A DNA stretch of 64,000 nucleotides from Candidatus Sumerlaeaceae bacterium. GTDB taxonomy: Bacteria > Sumerlaeota > Sumerlaeia > Sumerlaeales > Sumerlaeaceae. Below are positions 29,800 through 40,425 of this stretch, in pieces. The position numbers and the translations under genes were made by a program. The notes beneath the pieces are model-generated. The model was not told the origin of the DNA. It searched no databases and saw only the letters and a program-made list of their open reading frames with translations. The first letter of the stretch is position 1; every line of letters starts with the position of its first letter. The stretch is from assembly GCA_051003195.1 (NCBI GenBank), contig JBPCLP010000011.1:1-64000 (forward strand), given 5' to 3'.

Positions 29800-30114
29800 C
29801 GCGTGCACTCCATCCTGCAAGAGCTCTCGCTGTAGTGATCTTAGCGTTCACCTTAAGACAGGTACGGTGACAGGCTTTCAGACGCGCAACATGAAGTGCG
29901 GGTTTTGTACCGGTTCGATACCTCAGTTTGTGCTTGCGTGATTCTGCGCTTGGCGGAGAAATCTGGTCGCTTTGAAAGACAAGTTGACTGCATGTACCTG
30001 CGAGGGGCGGCGCGGTTTTTTTTGAGAAAATTCCAAGAAACGGCGTTCCAGCAGGTACACATTGCGAATTTGTTCGAGGCTGCTGAGCCATGAATACATT
30101 TACCGGTTTTTGAA

Positions 30115-30180
30115 CTAGTCTGCCGAATCAGGTGTTCCTACCAGACCAAAGGCAGACTTGACCTCGATTCGGCACACCAG
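30115..30180. repeat. 66-bp dispersed repeat with terminal inverted repeats (copy 1)
   Basis: CTAGTCTGCCGAATC...GATTCGGCACACCAG; second copy at 44911-44977. Confidence 0.8.
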
Positions 30181-30227
30181 AACTGATTACGAACGAACGG
30201 TACACCAGACTAGGGAGCGGCTTACGG

Positions 30228-31736
30228 ATGGCAACGGGCAAGAACACTGGAAATAAACAGGCTACGGGCCGCGGTTCTTCCGTGAAGGAAAAGCCCGTGA
30301 AAGCCTCTTCTGGTGGATCGGCTGCTGCAAAACCCGCACGTGCGTCAGTTCCAAACTCACCCGCAAAACCCATTGCCAAAGTGGTAAAAAGCCCTGCAAA
30401 AATTGCAAAGGCGGTCGCCACAAAGGCAGTAACGGCGGTAACAAAAAAGGTTTCCAATACCGTCTCTTCACTGACCGGAGCTGGCAAGACCGAAGCAAAG
30501 CCGGATAAGGCTGCGCGTGACAGGCAGGAAACCGCCACGCCTGTTGTCGCCACCAGGACTGCGAGTTCACCAAAGACGACTGGCTCCCGGAAAGAGGCAA
30601 CCTCCTCTACAGGTTTCAAGTCGACTGGCGCGAAAGCTTCCGTGCGAAAAAGCGGATCACCAAAACAGGTTTCCCCTAAGCCGAATGCCGCAGAGACAGT
30701 AAGCATTGCCAAAAAAAAGACGACAGCTCGAAGGCCTGCCGGGATACTAGCGACCGGAGCTCGAAACGGCGCTCCACCCGCCGAATTTTCCGGATCAGAA
30801 TCTTTCCGTCCGGAAGAAGATATCCAGGAACTTAACCCGACGGATGTGCGCGAACATTACTTCCAGGAGCACCGGGGTGGTCCTCCCCCTGCGCCAGCCG
30901 CACGCGAGCTGCCAAACGAATACGGAGACACGAAGATCGTGCTTCTTGTGCGTGATCCCGAGTGGGTCTACGCCTACTGGGAGATAAACGACGCCAAACG
31001 CGAAGAGCTGAAGCTGTCGCGCAATGGGCACGATCGCAGGACAGTGATCCGCCTTTATAAGATTACGGCTCGTAACTGGCCTTCGGAAGGCGCCCACTAT
31101 TTCTTCGATCTCGACGTGAGTCCCTACGCACTCAACTGGTACATCAAGTTACCGGAACCCGCACAACAGTGGTGCGCCGAACTCGGCGTTTTCGACGAGC
31201 ATAACAGCTATATATCAATCTGCCGGTCAAACACCATTGGCACTCCGCGCAATACCATCAGCGAGGAAACCGATAGTGAGTGGATGGTGGTAGAGGAGAC
31301 ATTCCGCAAGCTTTCGAAGCTGGGGGGAGCGGGTGGAAGACAGGTTCCAGGTCTTTCCGCATCTCGAGGAGCCAGTGAAACCCTGCTCCGTCAGTTGCAA
31401 CGGCAGGTGTCGGGCATGCTCCGGGTGGAAGGCGGCGGGCTGAGCAGTGGCTCTCTCTACAGCGGCAGCCTGGTGGAGGATCGTGGACAGGTTGCAGTCG
31501 CGAAAGATTTCTGGCTACAGGTGCATACCGAAGTGATTCTGTACGGCTCAACCGAACCGGATGCCAGCGTCACGGTTCAGGAGCGGCCGGTGAAACTCGA
31601 CGCGGATGGGCGATTCAGCGTCCGCTTTACATTGCCTGATGGAGAACAGGTGCTTCGTGTACATGCCGTCAACAGCGATGGGGATATGGAACGCACCATC
31701 ACCCCGGTCGTCCGGAAAACAACGCGCGAAAAGTAA
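30228..31736 (+). CDS. DUF4912 domain protein with Lys/Ala/Thr-rich N-terminal region
   Basis: LP.EYGDTKIVLLVRDPEWVYAYWEI, RSN....TP, FWL.V.TEVILYGSTEPDA; basic low-complexity N-terminus. Confidence 0.88.
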   Translation: MATGKNTGNKQATGRGSSVKEKPVKASSGGSAAAKPARASVPNSPAKPIAKVVKSPAKIAKAVATKAVTAVTKKVSNTVSSLTGAGKTEAKPDKAARDRQETATPVVATRTASSPKTTGSRKEATSSTGFKSTGAKASVRKSGSPKQVSPKPNAAETVSIAKKKTTARRPAGILATGARNGAPPAEFSGSESFRPEEDIQELNPTDVREHYFQEHRGGPPPAPAARELPNEYGDTKIVLLVRDPEWVYAYWEINDAKREELKLSRNGHDRRTVIRLYKITARNWPSEGAHYFFDLDVSPYALNWYIKLPEPAQQWCAELGVFDEHNSYISICRSNTIGTPRNTISEETDSEWMVVEETFRKLSKLGGAGGRQVPGLSASRGASETLLRQLQRQVSGMLRVEGGGLSSGSLYSGSLVEDRGQVAVAKDFWLQVHTEVILYGSTEPDASVTVQERPVKLDADGRFSVRFTLPDGEQVLRVHAVNSDGDMERTITPVVRKTTREK

Positions 31737-31837
31737 CGATTGCGTTTCCTGCTGCGTCGCGTGATGTTACTTTGCGTGGCAAAAGTCTGGAAGGGAACGC
31801 ATACCGCGCCCGTCCTTAACGAAGGGCCTAACCAATC

Positions 31838-32305
31838 ATGATCGAAGCAGGTGAACAAGCACCGGACTTTACGGCCCAGGCATCGAACGGAAGGACACTC
31901 AGCCTGAAGAACTTTAAAGGCAAATGGGTGGTGCTTTACTTCTATCCGAAAGACGATACCCCCGGCTGCACGCGCGAAGCGTGTGGATTCCGCGATAATT
32001 TTAAGCGCATCGAGTCGCTCGGAGCCGTCGTGCTCGGCTGCAGCCCGGATGACCTGAAAGCCCACGACAAATTTATCACAAAGTACGATCTGCCGTACAT
32101 TCTTCTCAGCGATCCCGACCATGCCATAGCAAACGGATACGGGGTCTGGAAATCCAAAAATATGTACGGCAAGAAAGTCATGGGCACCGAACGCACGACG
32201 TTCCTCATCTCCCCCGACGGTATCGTACACAAAGTTTGGCAGAAGGTCAAAGTCGAGGCCCATGTCGACGAAATCATGGATGAGTTAAAACTGGTGCGTG
32301 CTTAA
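31838..32305 (+). CDS. bcp: Peroxiredoxin Q / bacterioferritin comigratory protein
   Basis: YFYPKDDTPGCTREACGFRD. Confidence 0.96.
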   Translation: MIEAGEQAPDFTAQASNGRTLSLKNFKGKWVVLYFYPKDDTPGCTREACGFRDNFKRIESLGAVVLGCSPDDLKAHDKFITKYDLPYILLSDPDHAIANGYGVWKSKNMYGKKVMGTERTTFLISPDGIVHKVWQKVKVEAHVDEIMDELKLVRA

Positions 32306-32437
32306 CTATCCCGTCGTGACGCGATGCTCCTTTTGTAAATTGCAACTGTGCCTGAAAGTTTTGAGGATCAACGCTGGAATGTACCTGCCTACTTTTACGT
32401 ACGTAACTCTTTCTACTACTGAAACCAGGAGCTGCAT

Positions 32438-33727
32438 TTGCAGAAGGAACGTCTGGATAATGGACTCACCGTCATCTTTAAGCAGGTTCGTAATAAAGTC
32501 GTTACTCTCGACGTGTGGGTAAACACCGGCTCCGCGAACGAAGACGATAAACTTAACGGTATTTCCCATTTCCTGGAGCACATGGTTTTTAAAGGTACGC
32601 CTCGTTATGCCGTCGGTGAGCTGGACAAGGCAATCATGAGCGTAGGCGGTGTGTGGAATGCCGGCACTTCGAAAGATTTTACACACTACCATGTCACAGT
32701 CGCGTCGCCGTTCTTTAGCAAGGCCCTGGACGCGATTTCGGATATGATTCAAAATGCGCTAATCGACGCGCAGGAACTCGAAAAAGAGAAGCAGGTAATC
32801 CTTGAGGAATATCGCCGTAAGCAGGACAACCCGTACGGGCTACTGTATGATGAGCTGTACGAGGTCTGCTTTCGCAGTGGTCCTTACCGGCGTAGCGTCA
32901 TTGGAACGTTCGAATCGATTTCCGCGCTGGGTCGCGATGCTATGTTAGATTATTTCGAGCGCTATTATACACCGGAGAACCTCGTGTTGTTGATCGTGGG
33001 AGATGTCGAGCCCGCTGCGGTGATCCCGGAGGTTCGTAAAGCGTTCTCCGGTTTTGACCGCAAGCTGCGGCCCATGGACAACCTGGAAGCGAAGTCTCTG
33101 TTCCAGCCTGGCGAGCGTCGCACCTTGAAACGAGATGTGAACCAGACGTACATGGGCCTGGCTTTCCCGGCGCCAGGTATCGCCAACCCGGACGAGGTGT
33201 TCGCGCTCGATCTTGCTTCAGGTATACTATGCGATGGTCGCAGCTCGCGGCTGTACCGCCGGCTGAAGGAAGACAAGCGACTGGTGCATTCCATTTCCGG
33301 TGGGTACCCCAGCCACAAGTTCGACAGCTTTTTCTATGTAATTGCGACGCTTGACCAGGAGAACGTCGAAACCGCCGCGACCGAGATCACGCGAACAATG
33401 CGGCAGTTGGCAACTTCTCCCCCGACGCCCGATGAGCTCGCAAAAGCAAAACGCATTATCCGCAATAGTTTCGAATTCGGTATGGAAACCAACACTGGGC
33501 AATCGGGCACTATCGGCTATTACTATACGATCACGGGCTCTACTGAATTCCTCGAAACTTACCTCGAACGACTGCAGGCGATCACCGCAGAACAGGTCGC
33601 AGCTGTAGCCGATAAGTATTTTTCAGCCCAACCAAGTATGGTTGTGCTTCAGCCAGATAAATCACAGCCGAGCAGTGGATCTGATGCCCCGGGATCGTCA
33701 ATTGCAGCACGCGGAGTATTCCTGTGA
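32438..33727 (+). CDS. M16 family metallopeptidase, catalytic subunit
   Basis: GISHFLEHMVFKGT (HXXEH), NAGTSKD, SSRLY. Confidence 0.95.
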   Translation: MQKERLDNGLTVIFKQVRNKVVTLDVWVNTGSANEDDKLNGISHFLEHMVFKGTPRYAVGELDKAIMSVGGVWNAGTSKDFTHYHVTVASPFFSKALDAISDMIQNALIDAQELEKEKQVILEEYRRKQDNPYGLLYDELYEVCFRSGPYRRSVIGTFESISALGRDAMLDYFERYYTPENLVLLIVGDVEPAAVIPEVRKAFSGFDRKLRPMDNLEAKSLFQPGERRTLKRDVNQTYMGLAFPAPGIANPDEVFALDLASGILCDGRSSRLYRRLKEDKRLVHSISGGYPSHKFDSFFYVIATLDQENVETAATEITRTMRQLATSPPTPDELAKAKRIIRNSFEFGMETNTGQSGTIGYYYTITGSTEFLETYLERLQAITAEQVAAVADKYFSAQPSMVVLQPDKSQPSSGSDAPGSSIAARGVFL

Positions 33728-34983
33728 GTGCAACAGCAGCACAGTCGCCGGTGTTTCAAACCCTTTCAAACGGCATGCGCTTACTGGTGCTCCCTTCAGA
33801 TGCGAACAGCATTGTCTCGGCGGTGCTTTTCATGCCGTTTCCGGGTGCAATTGAACAACCGCATGAAGCTGGCCTCGTCAGCTTCACCCACAGGATGCTT
33901 ATGCGAGGTACGCGTCTACGCAGTAATGCAGAGCTCGCGGAGGCTATCGAAGCGCTGGGCACCACGATGGCCAGCGAATGCTCCGACGACTTCTCCTACA
34001 CGCACCTCGTTTCTACTGCAGATAGCTTTTCTGAAAGTGTGCAGTTGATGGCTGAAATCCTGCAGCAGCCGTCGTTTGAACCTGAAGAGATCGAAAAGGA
34101 GCGGCAAAGTACGCTTGCGGCCATCCGGCGTTCGGATGATGATAAGTTCTCCGCCACGATTAAGGCGTTTCTCCGGGAACTGTACGGTGAGCATGGTTAT
34201 GGACTTCCAACCCTGGGATACACCGGCACCGTCGGCGAGTTGACGCGCGAGCAAATCCTCAATGTGCACGACGAGTTTTCCGATCCCGCCATGTGCACAG
34301 CGATTGTGGTCGGCAATGTGACCCCAGGACAAGCCGAACGTCTACTTGAGGAGCATTTCGCAAAGCGATCTGCAGATCCAGAAAGCGCGCGAAAAGACTG
34401 GTCCGTGCAGGAACCGCTCTACCGCATTGCGTGCCGGACAAAGCTTACCCGCGAATGTGAGCAGTCGTACCTGGTAATGGGCTTTCCGGCATGTCCCATT
34501 ACGCACGAGGACTTTCCTGCAGTTCGAGTGCTGAATGCTGTGCTTGGGGATGGGATGAGCTCCCGCTTGTTTTTACGGCTGCGCGATGAACAGGGGCTGG
34601 CTTATGCGATCGGAAGTTCATTCTCGGCGCTGAAACGCGGAGGACACCTGTTCGGGTATATCGGTACCAAGCCGGAGTCGCTGGAAGTGGCGCGCGATGG
34701 CATGCAGCAGCAGTTCGACCTGGTGAAGTCCGACCTGGTGCCTGCGGACGAACTCGAGCGCACGCGGAACTACCTGATTGGCAAGTTTCTGATCGATCAT
34801 CAGACCAATTACAAACGCGCCTTTTATCTCGGCTACTTTGACGCGATGGGAGTTGGAATCGAGCGGGACAATCTTTACCCGGAGATCATTGCGGGTGTCA
34901 CCCCGCAGCAAGTCCGGGAAGTGGCGAACAAGTATCTGACATCCGCGACGGTTGCAGAACTGGTGCCAGTGCAGTCCAAGTAG
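33724..34983 (+). CDS. M16 family peptidase, probably non-catalytic partner
   Basis: M16 fold with HXXEH replaced by SFTHR; MSSRLF..LRDEQGLAY; overlaps upstream stop (GTGA). Confidence 0.92.
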   Translation: MSATAAQSPVFQTLSNGMRLLVLPSDANSIVSAVLFMPFPGAIEQPHEAGLVSFTHRMLMRGTRLRSNAELAEAIEALGTTMASECSDDFSYTHLVSTADSFSESVQLMAEILQQPSFEPEEIEKERQSTLAAIRRSDDDKFSATIKAFLRELYGEHGYGLPTLGYTGTVGELTREQILNVHDEFSDPAMCTAIVVGNVTPGQAERLLEEHFAKRSADPESARKDWSVQEPLYRIACRTKLTRECEQSYLVMGFPACPITHEDFPAVRVLNAVLGDGMSSRLFLRLRDEQGLAYAIGSSFSALKRGGHLFGYIGTKPESLEVARDGMQQQFDLVKSDLVPADELERTRNYLIGKFLIDHQTNYKRAFYLGYFDAMGVGIERDNLYPEIIAGVTPQQVREVANKYLTSATVAELVPVQSK

Positions 34984-35030
34984 CAGGCGCTGAGGAAAAC
35001 ACCAGGTTCACGGCGTCCTGCCGAATCGGA

Positions 35031-36482
35031 TCAGGCTAGATCCGTACTTCCCATCAGGTATTTGTCGACGCCCCGTGCGGCCTGTCGGCCTTCTGTGATG
35101 GCCCACACCACCAGCGATTGCCCACGCCGCATATCGCCTGCTGCAAAAATACCCGGCACACTGGTCATGTAATCGGGGCCGCAATCCACATTTCCCCGTG
35201 CATCCAGCTTCAGTTCCAGCTGCGAGATCATCCCCTCCTGCTGGGGGCCGAGGAAACCCATGGCCAGCAGGATCAGGTCGACGTCCAGGATGAACTCGCT
35301 GCCTGCAACTTCCTGCATGTGCTGACGCCCATCGGGCCCACTCACCCACTCAAGCCGGACGCCATGCAGCTTCTCCAGCTTTCCGTTTGAGCCCGAAAGC
35401 GATTTCGTGTTCACGCTCCACTCACGTTGAAGCCGTCCGCTCTCCTCGCCTTCCTCGTGCGAGGACGAACTGCGCAAGATCATCGGCCACTGCGGCCATG
35501 GCATGCTGGCAGTACGCTCAGCCGGCGGCTTGGGCAGCAATTCGAACTGATGCGCCGACACTGCGCCCTGCCGAAGCGAAGTTCCGAGACAATCGCTTCC
35601 GGTATCTCCGCCGCCAATAATCACCACACGTTTATCCCGGGCCGAAAGCTCCCTGCCGGGCATTGAAGTCTCTCCCGCAACGCGACGGTTTTGTTGCGGA
35701 AGGAAGTCCATGGCGAAGTGCACACCATCCAGTTCGCGGCCGGGCACCTCCAAATCCCGGGGCTTCGTTGCACCTCCGCATAAAACGATCGTGTCATAGC
35801 TGGCGCGCAATTCGTCGACCGGAATATTTTTACCCACGTTCGCGTTCGTGCGAAACTCCACGCCTTCCGCACTCATCTGGTCGAGTCGGCGCTGGACGAC
35901 AGACTTTTCCAGCTTAAAGTCCGGGATTCCATAGGTAAGCAATCCGCCAATACGATCGGCACGTTCAAACACAGTCACCCAGTGGCCGGCACGGTTGAGT
36001 TGCTGCGCGCAGGCGAGCCCGGCGGGCCCGGAACCAATTACGGCAACTTTTTTCCCAGTGCGTACCTTCGGCACCATGGGATGGATCCAGCCTTCACGCC
36101 ACGCGTGCTCAACAATGGATAACTCTATTTGTTTGATCGTCACGGGGTCGTCATTGATGCCTAGAACGCACGCGGCTTCGCATGGAGCAGGACAGACCCA
36201 GCCGGTAAACTCCGGGAAATTGTTTGTCGCATGCAGCTCATCAACGGCTTCGCGCCAGCGGTCCCTGTAAACCAGGTCGTTCCAATCCGGGATGATGTTA
36301 CCCAGTGGGCAGCCGGTGTGGCAAAACGGGATGCCGCAGTCCATGCAACGCGCGCCCTGCTCCTTTACCAGTTCTTCAGGAGCATCGGTATACACCTGTT
36401 GATAATCAGCAAGGCGCTGTAGCGGGTCCCGGCGCTTTGTCATTTCGCGCCGGATTTCCATAAAACCCGTTACTTTACCCAT
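35031..36482 (-). CDS. gltD: Glutamate synthase small subunit
   Basis: [59 protein letters not shown]. Confidence 0.97.
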   Translation of the reverse strand: MGKVTGFMEIRREMTKRRDPLQRLADYQQVYTDAPEELVKEQGARCMDCGIPFCHTGCPLGNIIPDWNDLVYRDRWREAVDELHATNNFPEFTGWVCPAPCEAACVLGINDDPVTIKQIELSIVEHAWREGWIHPMVPKVRTGKKVAVIGSGPAGLACAQQLNRAGHWVTVFERADRIGGLLTYGIPDFKLEKSVVQRRLDQMSAEGVEFRTNANVGKNIPVDELRASYDTIVLCGGATKPRDLEVPGRELDGVHFAMDFLPQQNRRVAGETSMPGRELSARDKRVVIIGGGDTGSDCLGTSLRQGAVSAHQFELLPKPPAERTASMPWPQWPMILRSSSSHEEGEESGRLQREWSVNTKSLSGSNGKLEKLHGVRLEWVSGPDGRQHMQEVAGSEFILDVDLILLAMGFLGPQQEGMISQLELKLDARGNVDCGPDYMTSVPGIFAAGDMRRGQSLVVWAITEGRQAARGVDKYLMGSTDLA

Positions 36483-36604
36483 TAAACATTCTCCCAAAAT
36501 CTGGACAGGCTCGACTTAGATAGCAAATGAGCAGGTATCCGGGTCGAAGCCATTGCACTGTACACCTGAAAGCTGAGAATTGTTGAAGAAAAGTGAAAGG
36601 CTGG

Positions 36605-37375
36605 TCAGGCGTGCATGGAACGCAGGTTCGCCAAGTGCCGCGTTGCCCGGTCCTGATGCTTCTGGTCGCCGCGCTGCCGACTTAACGACAACACCTTTTC
36701 CCATTGCTGAATTGCCTGGGCATTCCACGATGGCTGCTTTTCGTACACGATGGCGAGGTTATTCAATGCCGGCAGATACTCGGGGTCCAGCGCGAGTGCT
36801 CCACGGTATTCTTCCACGGCCATTTCATAGTTTCCCTGGCGCATGAATTCCACTGCGCGACGGCAATGGGTTTCCACGCCTTCGCGCCCCGACATTGAAC
36901 CACTCGGTGTTGTATTTCCGCTCGATCCAATTTCAGGATATGCTGTATCGAACCGAGAGGGAAAGTCTGAACTGCGATTCGAACTTGAAGCGGACTTGGG
37001 TGCATTACCCGCAAGCGCCAGGCGCGACTTGACCGCAGAGGCCTCGGCTCCGCTGAGAATCTCAAAAATTCCTTCCAGCTTGGAGATATACAGGATGTCA
37101 GCCACCGTTCTCGATGGGGCGAGCAGGATAATGCGCGCGCTGCTCTTCTTAGCGGTCATTTTGAGACCGACGAGCAAACCCAGGCCCGCGCTGTCTATAT
37201 ACTCGACTTGAGATAAATCCACATAAACGCGTTCAACGCCGCCTCGCGAAACGGCTGCGATTGAGGCCGAACGCAAACGTTCGCAATCTTCTAGAACGAT
37301 ACGGCCCTTGAAAGCGATGTACACCTCGCTCTCAGTATAAAAAATCTGATGCTCGGCGGAAGCTCCGGTAATCAT
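36605..37375 (-). CDS. STAS (anti-sigma antagonist) domain fused to TPR
   Basis: VDLSQVEYIDSAGLGLLV; C-terminal TPR (AVEEYRGALALDPEYLPALNNLA). Confidence 0.88.
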   Translation of the reverse strand: MITGASAEHQIFYTESEVYIAFKGRIVLEDCERLRSASIAAVSRGGVERVYVDLSQVEYIDSAGLGLLVGLKMTAKKSSARIILLAPSRTVADILYISKLEGIFEILSGAEASAVKSRLALAGNAPKSASSSNRSSDFPSRFDTAYPEIGSSGNTTPSGSMSGREGVETHCRRAVEFMRQGNYEMAVEEYRGALALDPEYLPALNNLAIVYEKQPSWNAQAIQQWEKVLSLSRQRGDQKHQDRATRHLANLRSMHA

Positions 37376-37564
37376 TTACGTGTCCTGCTTAATGGATGTG
37401 GCATCCTCAATGATGAGGTTCGGAATATCGTCGATTATGCTATAACTCAGGCTACATTGATGGCAAAGTAAAGCACCACCTTTGCCGTCGGCAGACGGCT
37501 TATACTCCAGAGGCTGCTTGCACTTCGGGCAAGCGAGTATATCGAGAAAATCCTGGCTGATCAT
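37376..37564 (-). CDS. Trm112/YcaR family protein
   Basis: LDILACPKCK...LLCHQC..SY.I.DDIP. Confidence 0.93.
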   Translation of the reverse strand: MISQDFLDILACPKCKQPLEYKPSADGKGGALLCHQCSLSYSIIDDIPNLIIEDATSIKQDT

Positions 37565-38895
37565 GGCGTCGCACTCTTTAATGTGTCAAGTTTAGTTATA
37601 AGTTCAATAGTAGCTGAGGTATTCAGAATTCCATCCGGCGATGCCTGCACATGAAGATCGTCTACGGAATAGGTGCGCGGAGACGTTCCTATGTCAAAAA
37701 GAAACTTTACCATATTGGGATTCGTAGCGCGGAAAGTCAGCTCGATGCCGCTGCCCGTTCCGACCTTCTGATCCGGTGGAATAGGTCCGGGCATACCGGG
37801 AACGATCCCCGCCGCTACTGCCGATTGGCCAGCCATTACGGGCGCTCCCATTACACCGGGCTGCGCCATGCCAGTATTGGGTGTCGGGCTGGGTCCTGGA
37901 GTCTTTCCAGGCACCCGCTGTTCCACCTTGCCGAAATCGACTGGGCGCATCAGGTTGACCTGGCTGATTTCAAGCACCTGGTCACGTTCCGCAATGCGGA
38001 TGATGTCGATCAATGATTGCAGCTGATGGTTAATTGAAAGTAACGTGTCGTCGAAAGGCACGTTAATCTCCAGAACGATGCCCAGCCTCTCTTTTGTGAC
38101 CGGTACAGGATTCTTGGGGTCCGACTGCTGATAAAGAAGCTCGAGGAACCAAAGTTTTTTAATCGCGGGAACCACAGTGCCAAACCGCCCGATGCTCCAT
38201 GGATTGAATTGCGCTCCGGGGACGCGGACAACCAGCTCAGCGTCGTTGAAAAATACCGGCCCCAATTGCGGCAAGGTTGCATAAAAATCCGAAACTTCGA
38301 TGGGATTCAGGCCCAGTCTCTGAAGCAACTGATTGTATATAGAGCGTTGTTTCAAGCGCAGGACAGGATCGGGAATATTATTAAGCAGTTGGTGCCGCTG
38401 CTCCAGCTTAGCCACTGTATCCCAAACGGCTCCGGCTGCCCCCAGATTCGGCAGTTGGCGCTGAAGGTTCCAGCCGAACTGGACTCCCGGGTAGCGCGGG
38501 TCTGTCCTGTTATCGAGAAAGGTAAGCTGCGGCTGCCGAACTCCTGCCCGTAGCTCCACGAGTTGCCGCACGAGCCGGATCGTGTCGTCCACCCGCGCAC
38601 GAATGTTCTCCATTGTCACGGAGGAGTAGTAGTCCGGCACCCCCAGGTTCAGCGACTCCGTGATGCTGGTCAACTGCTTGTCATATTGTTCCGTTCGAAC
38701 CCGAAAGTCATTCAGCACTTTATCCGAGCTGAGCACTTCTGCGCCCTTTAGCTGACCAGTTCCGTTGGTATACTCCTGAAGTGTGGTAGCATAGGCATCT
38801 GAGCGTGGCTTAAAAATGGCCATGTGCACAATACCAATTACCAGCAATGCCCCGATGGAAATGCCGACTATTTGCTCACGTTTGCCTATAGCCAT
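37561..38895 (-). CDS. Hypothetical membrane-anchored protein, PilO/GspM-like termini
   Basis: KREQ + TM helix at N-terminus; C-terminus IELTFRAT...VKFLFDI..SPRTYSVDDLHV resembles the PilO ferredoxin-like domain. Confidence 0.55.
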   Translation of the reverse strand: MAIGKREQIVGISIGALLVIGIVHMAIFKPRSDAYATTLQEYTNGTGQLKGAEVLSSDKVLNDFRVRTEQYDKQLTSITESLNLGVPDYYSSVTMENIRARVDDTIRLVRQLVELRAGVRQPQLTFLDNRTDPRYPGVQFGWNLQRQLPNLGAAGAVWDTVAKLEQRHQLLNNIPDPVLRLKQRSIYNQLLQRLGLNPIEVSDFYATLPQLGPVFFNDAELVVRVPGAQFNPWSIGRFGTVVPAIKKLWFLELLYQQSDPKNPVPVTKERLGIVLEINVPFDDTLLSINHQLQSLIDIIRIAERDQVLEISQVNLMRPVDFGKVEQRVPGKTPGPSPTPNTGMAQPGVMGAPVMAGQSAVAAGIVPGMPGPIPPDQKVGTGSGIELTFRATNPNMVKFLFDIGTSPRTYSVDDLHVQASPDGILNTSATIELITKLDTLKSATP

Positions 38896-39018
38896 GGATC
38901 GGCAGGTCGCTCCCGTCCGCTCGAATGAACCGTTTAAGATTCAATGCAATCAACGCAGCAAGGAATTTCTGCAATTCAACATCAGACGCTACATTCCCTA
39001 AACATAGACGTCAAAGCT

Positions 39019-39151
39019 GGGGCCGTTGAAAAAACGACACCGGAGGTGTCGAACATAAATAGCCGCAGGTGCAACCTGCGGGTCTTAAGCATAAATTGTC
39101 ACGACCCTGAAGTGGGGTCGAACAAAGCTACAGGGGTTTTTCAACAGCCCC
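39019..39151. mobile_element. MITE-like element with REP-like interior
   Basis: TIR GGGGCCGTTGAAAAA / TTTTTCAACAGCCCC; flanks AAGCT/AGGCT (4 of 5 match); three internal palindromes. Confidence 0.8.
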
Positions 39152-39228
39152 AGGCTTGAGCAAAACTTTCATTTGATTGGACCCGCTTGGGACCCGACGC
39201 ATACGTCATACGAAAGTCAGGAGCAATA

Positions 39229-40425
39229 ATGGCGAAAAAAGCACTGGATCAGCTGTCTGGTCTTGTGGGTAAGCGGGCGCTGGTCCGCGTGGACTTCAAC
39301 GTCCCGCTTGAAAATGGGGTCATCACAGACGACATTCGCATCAGGGAGTCCCTTCCCACCATTCAACACCTGGTCGGCGCGGGCGCAAAGGTCATACTCG
39401 CATCTCACCTGGGACGTCCTAAGGGCAAAATAGATCCGGCACTAAGCCTCGCACCTGCGGCCGAACGCCTGACACAACTGCTGGATCAGCCCGTCGAAAT
39501 GGCTTCGGATTGTGCTGGTCCGGAAGTGGAGACGATGATCAGCCGCATGAAAAACGGCGATGTCCTGTTGCTTGAAAATGTGCGCTTTCATCCGGAAGAA
39601 GAGGCGAACGACCTGGAATTTTCCAGGAAGCTGGCTGCGCTCGCAGACGTTTTTGTGCAGGATGCCTTCGGTTCGGTCCATCGTGCGCATGCTTCAACAG
39701 AGGGTGTAACCCATCACGTCTCGGAAAGTGTCGCCGGGTTGCTGGTGCAAAAAGAGCTTAAATATCTGGGCGAGGCACTGGCGAATCCTGACCGGCCCTT
39801 GGTCGCAATCCTGGGCGGCTCGAAAGTTTCGACCAAGATCGATGTCATTAGCAGCCTGCTGGAAAAAGTGGACACACTTCTGCTTGGCGGCGGAATGACT
39901 TACACGTTCATGAAGGCGCAGGGCGGCACCATTGGCACGTCGCTTTTCGAACCCGATACGCTGGAAGTAGCGCGCCAGACACTCGAAAAAGTCAAAGCGA
40001 ACCAGAAGAGGCTGGTTCTGCCAACCGATTGCCTGGCGTGTCAGTCGAGTGACCGACCTGACGCTGAGGCGCCACGGCAGGTGTTTGCTTCCAATGCAAT
40101 TCCAGACGGCTGGATGGGAGTCGATATCGGACCTGAATCGGTCACAGCCTTCGAAACCGAAATCGCGGCGGCCCGCACGATTGTGTGGAATGGTCCCGTG
40201 GGAGTTTTCGAACTGGAACCATTTGCCAACGGGACGCGCAAAGTGGCCGAGGCGCTGGCGAAATCGAATGCCACCACGATTATTGGCGGTGGCGACAGCG
40301 CAGCAGCGGTCAAAAAGTTTGGCCTCGATGGCGAGATGTCACACATTTCGACCGGCGGAGGCGCGTCACTCGAATTTCTCGAAGGACGAAAGTTGCCGGG
40401 CATCGAAGCACTGTCGGAGGCCTGA
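39229..40425 (+). CDS. pgk: Phosphoglycerate kinase
   Basis: [52 protein letters not shown]. Confidence 0.99.
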   Translation: MAKKALDQLSGLVGKRALVRVDFNVPLENGVITDDIRIRESLPTIQHLVGAGAKVILASHLGRPKGKIDPALSLAPAAERLTQLLDQPVEMASDCAGPEVETMISRMKNGDVLLLENVRFHPEEEANDLEFSRKLAALADVFVQDAFGSVHRAHASTEGVTHHVSESVAGLLVQKELKYLGEALANPDRPLVAILGGSKVSTKIDVISSLLEKVDTLLLGGGMTYTFMKAQGGTIGTSLFEPDTLEVARQTLEKVKANQKRLVLPTDCLACQSSDRPDAEAPRQVFASNAIPDGWMGVDIGPESVTAFETEIAAARTIVWNGPVGVFELEPFANGTRKVAEALAKSNATTIIGGGDSAAAVKKFGLDGEMSHISTGGGASLEFLEGRKLPGIEALSEA

